From assembly GCA_025451045.1 (NCBI GenBank), contig JANWLD010000001.1:69812-133811 (forward strand): a DNA stretch of 64,000 nt. Reading direction: 5' to 3'. Below are positions 26,923 to 35,190 of this stretch, in pieces; the first letter of the stretch is position 1; every line of letters begins with the position of its first letter. A program made the position numbers and the translations under genes. The notes under the pieces were generated by a model. The model was not told the DNA's origin. It ran no database searches and saw nothing but the letters and a program-made list of their open reading frames with translations. This stretch comes from Candidatus Saccharimonadales bacterium. GTDB lineage: Bacteria; Patescibacteriota; Saccharimonadia; Saccharimonadales; 2-12-FULL-41-12.

Positions 26923-27774
26923 ATGGCTCTTGCAGATGTCTTCGGCGGTTTTAAAAGGGGTGTGGTTATACCGGCTATTATTGCCGGTTTTCTTTTGGTA
27001 GTCGCAAATTCGGCAATCTGGGTCAACAGGAACGTTTTTGATACCGCGCGTTTTACCTCTACGGCAGTTGGATCGCTTACATCCGAGTCCAGCCGCCAGG
27101 CTATTGCTTCTGAGATTGTCGACAAAAGCCTAGCTGATTATCCCCGTCTCAAAAGCGTGGTAGACGACAAGGCGACAAATTTTATCAGCGGGCTGCTTGG
27201 CACGGAGCAGGTTGAAAAACTGCTGACGGAGCTTACCACGCGGGCTCAGGTATATGTAACTTCAAGCCATCAGGAATCTATTGTTTTAGATACGCAGGGG
27301 CTAAAAGACAATGTTACGAAACTTATAGACATTACGAACCGGGAAGACAAGACTAGGGTAGATGTCAATAAAATTCCGGATCAAATCGTTTTGGTTGATG
27401 CCGATAAAGTGCCCAGTTTTTATAAATACGGAGTTATAGTTTCCTGGCTGGGTCCTCTTGTGTTACTGGCGGCGATTTTCTGTATTGCCTGGCCTTATTT
27501 CAAACCGGCAAACAGCAAGATAGGCAATTTGTTCGCCCAAGGCTTTATTATTTCACTGATTGCCGGATTCGCCCTGCTGGTTGGCCCGCTGTTCAAACCG
27601 CCGCTTCTTGCCAACATATTGAGCGTAAATAACCGCACGGTCGTGGGAAATATCTATGACGCGTTTATAGCTACATTTAACCAACAAACTTGGGTAATTA
27701 TTATCCTGGGGCTGTTGGCTATGCTTACTGCGGCCGCTTACACGGTTTACCAGGCCGTTCGTAAAAAATCTTAG
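26923..27774 (+). CDS. Membrane protein (1+3 TM, same architecture as 21313..22335)
   Basis: Hydropathy pattern. Confidence 0.75.
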   Translation: MALADVFGGFKRGVVIPAIIAGFLLVVANSAIWVNRNVFDTARFTSTAVGSLTSESSRQAIASEIVDKSLADYPRLKSVVDDKATNFISGLLGTEQVEKLLTELTTRAQVYVTSSHQESIVLDTQGLKDNVTKLIDITNREDKTRVDVNKIPDQIVLVDADKVPSFYKYGVIVSWLGPLVLLAAIFCIAWPYFKPANSKIGNLFAQGFIISLIAGFALLVGPLFKPPLLANILSVNNRTVVGNIYDAFIATFNQQTWVIIILGLLAMLTAAAYTVYQAVRKKS

Positions 27775-27894
27775 ACAGAGCATAGTTTTAATAAAGCCGG
27801 AAACCCGTTATAAAGCTTCGTCTTCAGTAAATATCCAAATTGACTTTCATAACTTAGGGTGAAAGACTGGATTTAAGCATTAAAGAGATAAGTT

Positions 27895-28515
27895 ATGGCT
27901 AAGATAAAAACAATATTCGCTTATATACGATGGCTCATCCCGGATTCAGTCGATGTAGTAGTTTATCTAACAATAATTCTTATAAGTTTTTCTCTCAGTA
28001 ATGTTTCCAGCGTTCAGAATGCTTTGTTTTATTCGGACTTGAACATCAAAAGTTCCGTATTGAACTTTATCAGTAGTAATCTGGATAGGTTCTTGCCTGA
28101 AAACATAGCGGCCAATTTAGCAGTTGCTATATTTTGGTTTAGTATAGGCGTTATTACATATTCGCTAATCATTTTCGTTGCTAATATTACCTCTGAAGTC
28201 AGTGATGATCTGGCGATAGATAAATATGTATATCCCGTAGGATCCGACAAATATGGCCGTATCAAGCATTTCTTGGCGTTGAACTCTGAAAGAATTGTTG
28301 GAACGTTTCTGTTGATTATGCTCTTAAGGTTTTTATTTAACGACCTTCTCCCAAAATGGTCAGAAATCTACCGTGACGTAGTTGTGCAGTGGCCGCCCAG
28401 CCAAGAATTAATTATCAAATTGCTTGGAACCGTTGTTGCTGAGTTTTTGACCTTGCACTTAATAGTAGTCCTTTTGCGATTAATCATACTGAGGCGAAGA
28501 GCATTCGGACTTTAA
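27895..28515 (+). CDS. Four-TM membrane protein
   Basis: Hydrophobic ORF, lower GC than neighbours. Confidence 0.7.
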   Translation: MAKIKTIFAYIRWLIPDSVDVVVYLTIILISFSLSNVSSVQNALFYSDLNIKSSVLNFISSNLDRFLPENIAANLAVAIFWFSIGVITYSLIIFVANITSEVSDDLAIDKYVYPVGSDKYGRIKHFLALNSERIVGTFLLIMLLRFLFNDLLPKWSEIYRDVVVQWPPSQELIIKLLGTVVAEFLTLHLIVVLLRLIILRRRAFGL

Positions 28516-30059
28516 AGAGGGGCGACCTTGGATAAGGGCTGTAGGTTGCCAAAGCTGCCTGGCGCATAATACGCGGAGCTTATGGCGGCTTTGAACGCGT
28601 CTTGGGAGGCTTGGCTGGATTCTATAGGCCACTGCTGATTCACTCCATTCTCATAGATAGGCCAGTTGAACCATACGAAGGCTTTAACTTTAGGGAAGTT
28701 TACCGGTAACTGGCTGCTAAGGGTATCGCTTACCCAAGCTGATTTGGTTCCGCCGCCTTCATTTGACGCTGTTTCGCCAATCATTATCGGTTTGGTCGAG
28801 GCAATGCTAAGTAGCTCATTATATGTAGGCTGGATCACTGTTGAGAAACTGCGCCAAGAATCTGCCTTACCTCCGCTAGTCCCGCTGTTATAGCCGTCAA
28901 CGCATGTCCAGTCAACATAACTTCCGCCCGGGTAGAGTTGGCTAAGCGGAGTACTGCCTGTGAATGTCGTATTCGGGCACCATACCCAAGTGACGTTAGT
29001 GGCTCCTTGGGCATTAACCACATCGTGAATATGCTTCCATGCCGCTACATATGTGCTCGGGCTCTGTTTTGCTTGAGCACCCCAAGAAAACCAAGTTCCG
29101 TTCATTTCCCAGTTCCAACGGAAAAAGAAAGGCTTACCCCAAGCTTTGACGGATTGAGCCCAGCTCGTGATAGACGAATCGTATTTACCAGCCGCTATGT
29201 CGGCCAATGGTACTGATTTTGAGCTCATGTCCATCATTGGAATAGCTCCGCGGCCGGTAATAATGTTAGCCGGACCGCTTGCGAATTGTTGCTCCCACAT
29301 CGGGGGCTGGCCGTAGTGGAGTATCGATACTTTCTTACCTGCGTGACTTTCAAACAAGTTCCATGTAGTCGTATCCCATGGAGCATCTCCCCTGCCGCTA
29401 CTACTGCCTCCGTAAGAATCGCCGTCTATCCAAGAACCCCAATATATTGAATTTGCAATGGGCGTCGTTGATGTAGTTGGAGTTGGTTCAGTTGGAGTTG
29501 GTGTTGGAGTCGGTTGAGTCGTTGCGACCTGGGCATATATGGTGACCACATCCAGATATAACGGCCGGCAGCTACTCATATTGCTAAAACTGAAGCTTAG
29601 ATTATGAGTTCCAGAAGTTATGCCGCCAGAGATGTATTGTTTCCAGCTACTAGAGGATACGCTAGTCGTAGACAATATTGTGGTAGCGTCTGATTTTATG
29701 TTTACTCCAGGCCATCTACCCTTGCATTTGGTGCCTTTTGCCTTTAGTTGCAAAGACGAGGCATTAGCACTAAGGCTGATGTTTGCCGTAGCCGTACCAT
29801 TAGCTGTAACTTTGACTACTTTACCTCCGCTAGCAGTAGCGTCGGTAATGATGCTGGATCCTGCCGGCAATTGCATCTGTTCTGACTCTAAAACAGCAAG
29901 CACGGGCGTCGAAGCCACGCTTTTGTATATCAGATAAGTGCCAAATATGGAGAATAAAACAGCAAATATGACGAGCTGTTTTATTGAAAATTTAAAGTTT
30001 CTTCTAAAGGCTTTGATTTTAACTTGTTTTTTTGATTTTACCATTTGAATATATTTCAT
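28512..30059 (-). CDS. Membrane-anchored glycoside hydrolase family 26 with N-terminal beta-sandwich and PT linker
   Basis: FRWNWEMNG.WF.W, VWCPN, YPG..YVD...VDGYN, KPIMIGET; TPTPTPT linker. Confidence 0.88.
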   Translation of the reverse strand: MKYIQMVKSKKQVKIKAFRRNFKFSIKQLVIFAVLFSIFGTYLIYKSVASTPVLAVLESEQMQLPAGSSIITDATASGGKVVKVTANGTATANISLSANASSLQLKAKGTKCKGRWPGVNIKSDATTILSTTSVSSSSWKQYISGGITSGTHNLSFSFSNMSSCRPLYLDVVTIYAQVATTQPTPTPTPTEPTPTTSTTPIANSIYWGSWIDGDSYGGSSSGRGDAPWDTTTWNLFESHAGKKVSILHYGQPPMWEQQFASGPANIITGRGAIPMMDMSSKSVPLADIAAGKYDSSITSWAQSVKAWGKPFFFRWNWEMNGTWFSWGAQAKQSPSTYVAAWKHIHDVVNAQGATNVTWVWCPNTTFTGSTPLSQLYPGGSYVDWTCVDGYNSGTSGGKADSWRSFSTVIQPTYNELLSIASTKPIMIGETASNEGGGTKSAWVSDTLSSQLPVNFPKVKAFVWFNWPIYENGVNQQWPIESSQASQDAFKAAISSAYYAPGSFGNLQPLSKVAPL

Positions 30060-30167
30060 TTTAAGTTTTGCTTACGCTTATTTTCGGTCAAAGCGTTTTA
30101 TCTGTCAAGTCGCAGAACCGAAGGTATGGTTACCATGCTAAGCCCAACCTAAAGATTGGAATTGGCA

Positions 30168-30244
30168 TGGTACACCCGACAGGATTCGAACCTGTGACCT
30201 CCGGCTCCGCAAGCCGACGTTCTATCCAGCTGAACTACGGGTGC
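30168..30244 (-). tRNA. tRNA-Arg(GCG)
   Basis: GCACCCG acceptor, TCGGC-TTGCGGA-GCCGG anticodon arm, GTTCGAATC, ACCA. Confidence 0.93.
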
Positions 30245-30324
30245 TTATTAACGGGGGTTATTCTAGCATCAAAGTATGAAAAACTAAAGTAACAACAATT
30301 TATTTTTGCTATAATGGCAACTCA

Positions 30325-31278
30325 ATGAAAAAGATAGATGTAGAACTAAGAGGGAGTACCGGTTATGTCGGCGAAGAACTTCTGGGAGTGCTGGAAAGCC
30401 ATCCGGGGGTAGGCCGGATTGATTGCGTGCAGGCTGAAGATGAACCCAGCGAAAGAGCCGAAACTTCTTTTTTAGCATTGCCGCCCGGTTTGTCCGGTGA
30501 GGTAGCAGGGCATTTGGTAAAAGCCGGTAAGATGGTTATTGATTTATCGGGAGATTTGCGTTTTGAGGATCCCAAGCAATATGAGAAATGGTATCAAAAG
30601 CCGCATCCGGCACCGAATTTATTGCCGGTTGTCTATGGCCTGCCTGAAATGAATAGGGACGAGATACGCGGCAGCTGGATTGTATCAGTCCCGGGTTGCT
30701 ACCCAACAGCAACTCTGCTGGGACTTTTACCATTGATAGAAAATGGCCTTTTGGAACCTGATAAAAGCCTGATTGTTACGGCCTTTTCCGGATATTCGGG
30801 TGCCGGCAAAAAGGGTCCGGGCGGGGAAACGGATGACCAAGTTTTATACAGCATGGGCAGGGATCACAGGCATGTTGGTGAAATGGAACAATTTACAGGC
30901 AACAATAATATTAATTTTATGGCTACGAGGTCCGATAACATTTTCCGGGGGTTACTTTCAACTATTGGCGCCGTATTACGAAATGGGGTTGAAGCCGGAG
31001 ACGTCAGGGAAGCCTTTGTACAAAAGTATGCAGACGAGCCTTTTGTAAAAATGCTTGAAGATGGTGAAAAGCTAAGCCAAACATACGCCGCCGATACGGA
31101 CTTGTGTGCCATCCTTCAAAAAATAACTGTTGGCAGGGATACTGACATCACGGCCTTGCTTGCCAGCAACATTGACAACTTGCGCAAAGGCTCAGCGACC
31201 CAAGCTATCCAATGCTTTAACCTAATGCATGCTTTTGACGAAACAACCGGTTTGACGCCTAAAAGCGCAGCTTCTTAG
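30325..31278 (+). CDS. argC: N-acetyl-gamma-glutamyl-phosphate reductase
   Basis: GSTGYVG, IDLSGDLRF, YGLPE, PGCYPT (catalytic Cys), SGYSGAG, HRH..E, IDNL.KG.A.QA.Q..N. Confidence 0.93.
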   Translation: MKKIDVELRGSTGYVGEELLGVLESHPGVGRIDCVQAEDEPSERAETSFLALPPGLSGEVAGHLVKAGKMVIDLSGDLRFEDPKQYEKWYQKPHPAPNLLPVVYGLPEMNRDEIRGSWIVSVPGCYPTATLLGLLPLIENGLLEPDKSLIVTAFSGYSGAGKKGPGGETDDQVLYSMGRDHRHVGEMEQFTGNNNINFMATRSDNIFRGLLSTIGAVLRNGVEAGDVREAFVQKYADEPFVKMLEDGEKLSQTYAADTDLCAILQKITVGRDTDITALLASNIDNLRKGSATQAIQCFNLMHAFDETTGLTPKSAAS

Positions 31279-31831
31279 CCAGCCTGTCGATAGATTTCTC
31301 AATATGCTCATCATGGGGCAAATGCGCTGATAGGAAATCAACTATCGCGGTTTCCTGTTCCGGCGGAAAGTATAACGAAATATCTGGCATTAGCCGTTTA
31401 AGCGGCATCAGGTTGATGCTCTTTATGCCGCCCTCCTGCATCAGGTCAAAAGATTTGAACATTCCATAATCATAAAACCTTTCGCCAATCTGGATGCCTT
31501 GATTGTTTATTTCATACGGCAGTTGCCGGGGTTTTCTGTTGATGGTCAGGGCAAAGATAATACCAGCAATAATAATCACCGCGGAAGAAATGTAATCTTT
31601 GGTAAGGAAGTAGGCCAAACCGCCCAAAGCGGCCAGGCCGGCAAAGAAAAGTACATGCCAGCCGGCGCCTTTATGGGTATCAATGAATTCCGAAGCAGTC
31701 CAAGTTATTGGCTCCTGCGGTTTTTTTTGTTCAGCCGAAGGATTTTCGGCCGGTTCAATAGAAGCCGCAACGTTTTCATCAGGTTTGTACGCCCAGTTGG
31801 AATCATTGTCCGTACTGTCATTATCAGGCAT
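31259..31831 (-). CDS. Conserved two-TM membrane protein with C-terminal soluble domain
   Basis: ITWTASEF...K...W pattern, two TMs. Confidence 0.75.
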   Translation of the reverse strand: MPDNDSTDNDSNWAYKPDENVAASIEPAENPSAEQKKPQEPITWTASEFIDTHKGAGWHVLFFAGLAALGGLAYFLTKDYISSAVIIIAGIIFALTINRKPRQLPYEINNQGIQIGERFYDYGMFKSFDLMQEGGIKSINLMPLKRLMPDISLYFPPEQETAIVDFLSAHLPHDEHIEKSIDRLAKKLRF

Positions 31832-31832
31832 A

Positions 31833-32046
31833 CCTAGTAGTAGACTTTCTGTCGATTTAAATTTTTCATCTCAATCATCTGTTTCCTTAACATCCTTTTT
31901 AACGCTTGGTCTCCTGCTGTGGTCTTTAAATACTTCTCGCGTCTTTTGGCATCATCTTTATTTCTGTGCGCTTCGTAGTATATCAATTCCCAGGGGCGAT
32001 AAGGTTTGGTAGAAAAATTTAAATCGACAGAAAGTCTACTACTAGG
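31833..32046. mobile_element. 214-bp MITE-like element with 35-bp perfect TIRs, 4-bp flanking duplication (CATA) and a GIY-YIG C-terminal fragment
   Basis: CCTAGTAGTAGACTTTCTGTCGATTTAAATTTTTC at 31833-31867, reverse complement at 32012-32046; CATA at 31829-31832 and 32047-32050. Confidence 0.8.
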
Positions 32047-32049
32047 CAT
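31834..32049 (-). pseudogene. GIY-YIG nuclease fragment (C-terminal half only)
   Basis: STKPYRPWELIYYEA...DAKRREKYLKT.AG; GIY/YIG motifs and catalytic Arg region absent. Confidence 0.75.
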
Positions 32050-32113
32050 AAGCATATTGTAGCCAATGGAGCGCAGATTAACCAGTACTGATAAAGCTAT
32101 CTGATTATAGATT

Positions 32114-32315
32114 GGCGGGGAAGATAGCGCACATTTTTGGCTACGCCAAAAACACTTTTCCGCTTGCTTGAAAAGAAAATATCCGCCGTTAATGGATGCT
32201 TTCTTTTCTACGCTTCGCTACACCGAACTCCCCGTTCCCCGCCATTGGCGGGTCACTCATTTGAGCTCTAATCCCCCAACATGAAAAACGCCAGACACAA
32301 GTCTGCCGATTTTCA
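32114..32315 (-). repeat. Structured trailer of tRNA-Ser(GCT) ending in a tRNA-like CTTCCCCGCCA
   Basis: Several hairpins; shares TGAAAA..TTTTCA-TGTTG-..GGATT.GA.C with the tRNA-Ser(CGA) trailer. Confidence 0.6.
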
Positions 32316-32408
32316 TGGCGGAGAGGGGGAGATTCGAACTCCCGCGGGGGATTTCTCCCCCCTAACGATTTAGCAAACCGTCCCCTTCAGCCACTTGGGT
32401 ACCTCTCC
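32316..32408 (-). tRNA. tRNA-Ser(GCT)
   Basis: ACGGT-TTGCTAA-ATCGT anticodon arm, long variable arm, GTTCGAATC, CCA. Confidence 0.95.
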
Positions 32409-32605
32409 TCATCGCAATCCAGCAGCTTTATTGGCAAACCAAGACGTTACTTTGGCTTGCCAGGCATGCTTGCTAATTGCTCCTCTCAGTTTTGCATACA
32501 CTGAGTTCGCATGCAAAACTGGCTATTTTTAAAATAACAGATGTAAAGTATAGCAATATTAGCCCATAATGTCACTTTAAGCCACTAAGGATATATAATT
32601 GAATC

Positions 32606-32881
32606 ATGAGCTCAGAAGCTAATGGACCGCAACAGGATTTTCCGAGCAGCCTTTATGGCGAGCCGGCTCCTCCAGCAGACAATGGTGCAATTGCAGAGGC
32701 ACGAGAAGAGGCCGAAGCCGAGCAACTGGCAGTGCCAATTGCTGAAGAGGTTATCGACGAAACTGAAGGCCAAGCACTCCGGGGTATACAAAACAAGGAA
32801 ACAAAGCTTGGTGACGAAGCGGCCAAAGAGCTTTATCCTGGTAATGACGAGCAGCCGCCCTCTGTTGACAGCGTTCAATAA
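32606..32881 (+). CDS. Small acidic hypothetical protein
   Basis: TATAAT 6 nt before ATG; E/A/P-rich. Confidence 0.6.
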   Translation: MSSEANGPQQDFPSSLYGEPAPPADNGAIAEAREEAEAEQLAVPIAEEVIDETEGQALRGIQNKETKLGDEAAKELYPGNDEQPPSVDSVQ

Positions 32882-32906
32882 ATCATACTCATGCCAAGCC
32901 AAGAAA

Positions 32907-33584
32907 CTAATTGACCGGCTGGGCAAAGACAGCGACGTCGACGGTTTTTGCTCCGGTATCTTTGAGCACTTTGGCCGCGGCTTCAATGGTCGCGCCGGTG
33001 GTAGTTATGTCATCCACCAAAAGTACGTGTCTGCCGGCTACTTTGGCGTTTCGGCTCAGATGCAAGGCTTTTTCAAGGTGTGCGAACCGTTCCTTGCGGC
33101 CCGAGCCTACCTGCCGGGATTTGCCGGTCCTAACAAGCAACGGCTGATATTGCCAGCCTCTTAATCTGCACAGGTTCTCGGCTATAAGTTTTGACTGGTC
33201 ATAGCCCCGCTTTCTGACCCGGCTGTTGGCGGTCGGTACGTGGCTAACTATTATTTCCGCGGGAAGTTGCGGAAGAGTATCCGCTATTATCTCGGCGATG
33301 GTTAAGCTGCCGGCTTTGGCCCGGCCGAATTTAAGTTTGTAAATGAGTTTCTTGGCCGCGTCTTTGTATTCCACGGCTATCCAGGTATGGCTGATCTTTG
33401 TACTGCTTTTGCAACTAACACAAACCCGGCTTTGAGCAGTCAATGCGTGACAGCGATAACAGCGGGCAGGCGGCGGTAGCAAAGAAGTGCTCTGACAGGC
33501 TGTACAAAGCAGTTCGCCAGTAAATCCGCAAATAATACAACGATGCGGCGCTACTAAAGAAACAGTCTTTTCCAAAATATTCAT
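32907..33584 (-). CDS. comF: ComF-family double zinc-ribbon phosphoribosyltransferase
   Basis: CxxC clusters, RGYDQS, LLVDDITTTGAT. Confidence 0.93.
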   Translation of the reverse strand: MNILEKTVSLVAPHRCIICGFTGELLCTACQSTSLLPPPARCYRCHALTAQSRVCVSCKSSTKISHTWIAVEYKDAAKKLIYKLKFGRAKAGSLTIAEIIADTLPQLPAEIIVSHVPTANSRVRKRGYDQSKLIAENLCRLRGWQYQPLLVRTGKSRQVGSGRKERFAHLEKALHLSRNAKVAGRHVLLVDDITTTGATIEAAAKVLKDTGAKTVDVAVFAQPVN

Positions 33585-33761
33585 ATCTGTTAATTTACCT
33601 TCGACTTAGCCAAAATGGCCCCAGTTGTAATTTTTGTGTTGTAAATAAGTATATAGGACGGTTGCTTACGGTAAAATGTACTTTATACTAATAAGTAACA
33701 TAAAAATCCGTCCTTACAAAGAAAACAATCTAACCAAAGATAAACCTCGGAGGGTAAAATT

Positions 33762-34235
33762 ATGGCGCGTAAAAGCCGCGATCAAGATTTATTGATGGAA
33801 GACGAATTGACGGCTGCATTTCTTGGAGATGACGAAGTTGCTTCTTCAGCTTCCACCACGGACGAACCGCAAGATGTAGCGGAAGAAGAATGGGACGAAG
33901 AGGACGCGGTTCCCGGCCAATTGGCTGTTGACGTCTATGAAACCAAAGAAAAACTAATTGTCAAAGCCCGCACAGCCGGAGTCAACAAACAGGATTTGGA
34001 TGTCAGCCTATCTGATAATACTTTGAGTATCCGCGGCACATTGAGCGCCGGCGGGGAGCATGAAGTAGAAAACTACTTCGTCCAAGAGTGTTACTGGGGC
34101 GAATTCAGCCGTAGCATCGCGCTTCCAGTGCCAGTTAAAGAGGATGAAGTCGAAGCAGTTCTTAAAGATGGAGTTTTGACCATAACTTTTGTTAAGGTCA
34201 ACCAAGAAACCGTTAAGAAAATACAAATTCAATAA
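33762..34235 (+). CDS. Hsp20/alpha-crystallin small heat shock protein
   Basis: VDVYET, AGV...DLDV, QECYWGEFSRSI.LP, A.LKDGVLTI. Confidence 0.93.
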   Translation: MARKSRDQDLLMEDELTAAFLGDDEVASSASTTDEPQDVAEEEWDEEDAVPGQLAVDVYETKEKLIVKARTAGVNKQDLDVSLSDNTLSIRGTLSAGGEHEVENYFVQECYWGEFSRSIALPVPVKEDEVEAVLKDGVLTITFVKVNQETVKKIQIQ

Positions 34236-34256
34236 AGCGTTAGCCCTTTGGACTTT

Positions 34257-34282
34257 AAACTCCCCGTTTACCGGGGAGTTTT
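34257..34282. terminator. Bidirectional intrinsic terminator between hsp20 and the pilin array
   Basis: AAACTCCCCG-TTTAC-CGGGGAGTTTTT. Confidence 0.85.
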
Positions 34283-34743
34283 TAAGCTAGAACCTTATTT
34301 ATTACAAATTTAACTATTATTTGAGCAAAGGCGACTATTAGAAGGCCGGCCAGTGCATAAAGTATCGCGTTTCTGCCGGTTTTGGTAGCTTCTGGATTAC
34401 CGGAAGAAGTCAAGAACTTGAAACCGCCGTAGATTATCATAAAGACAGCAGCAATCCCGGCGATTATTGAAACTACGTTTATCACATCGTTTATGAGTTT
34501 GGTTACGCGATTTTCGGCTGTTTGCGTCCCACTTTTGCCGGTATCAACGAAGTTGCCGTGCGAGTCTTTGGTTTTGCCGCAACCGGCTCCCTGTTGCTGG
34601 ATTGACAAGTTGGCTCCGGTACACAGATCATGCTCGCTATTTAAGTCTGCCGCGCGCGCAGCCGGCGATAAAAGAAAAACAGCCGCGCAGATTGCGGCTA
34701 ATAGTAGCGTGAATTTTCTTAGGGAAAGAGTCCTGCCCAACAT
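34282..34743 (-). CDS. TrbC/VirB2-like T4SS pilin (9 of 9)
   Basis: Signal peptide, Cys pair, IIYGGFKFLTSSGNPE...RNAILYALAGL. Confidence 0.88.
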   Translation of the reverse strand: MLGRTLSLRKFTLLLAAICAAVFLLSPAARAADLNSEHDLCTGANLSIQQQGAGCGKTKDSHGNFVDTGKSGTQTAENRVTKLINDVINVVSIIAGIAAVFMIIYGGFKFLTSSGNPEATKTGRNAILYALAGLLIVAFAQIIVKFVINKVLA

Positions 34744-34754
34744 ATCGCTACAGC

Positions 34755-35171
34755 TTAAGTTATCTTACTCAACACAAACTTAACGATGATTTGCGCTAAC
34801 GCGACGATTACCAAACCGATAAGAGCGTAGAGGATGATATTGCGGGCCGTTTTGGTATTTTCCGGGTTGCCTGCGGAGGTGATATAGCGGAAACCGCCGT
34901 AGATTATCATGATGACCGCCAGTATACCGACTACTACAGAGATGAAGTTAACGACATCCGCTATTAATTGATCGGCTTTGCTTTCAGCGCTTTTGCCATT
35001 AACCTGGCAATCGCCGCTGCCGTTTAAGCTCAAGTCCGCGCCTTGGCATAGCTGGCTTTTTCTGACTTGGGCCGAAGCAGTTGGAACAACCGGCGCTATC
35101 AGCATTAACAGCAGGAATAAACCTGAAAACAGCCAGGCAAGTCTTTTGCTGAAAGTATATTGGGCGTACAT
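34755..35171 (-). CDS. TrbC/VirB2-like T4SS pilin (8 of 9)
   Basis: IIYGGFRYITSAGNPE...ARNIILYALIGL. Confidence 0.88.
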   Translation of the reverse strand: MYAQYTFSKRLAWLFSGLFLLLMLIAPVVPTASAQVRKSQLCQGADLSLNGSGDCQVNGKSAESKADQLIADVVNFISVVVGILAVIMIIYGGFRYITSAGNPENTKTARNIILYALIGLVIVALAQIIVKFVLSKIT

Positions 35172-35190
35172 TTTATAAATATTTCAGTTT

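Noticed and set aside
33585..33761. CIRCE upstream of hsp20
   Set aside because: No TTAGCACTC-N9-GAGTGCTAA match seen
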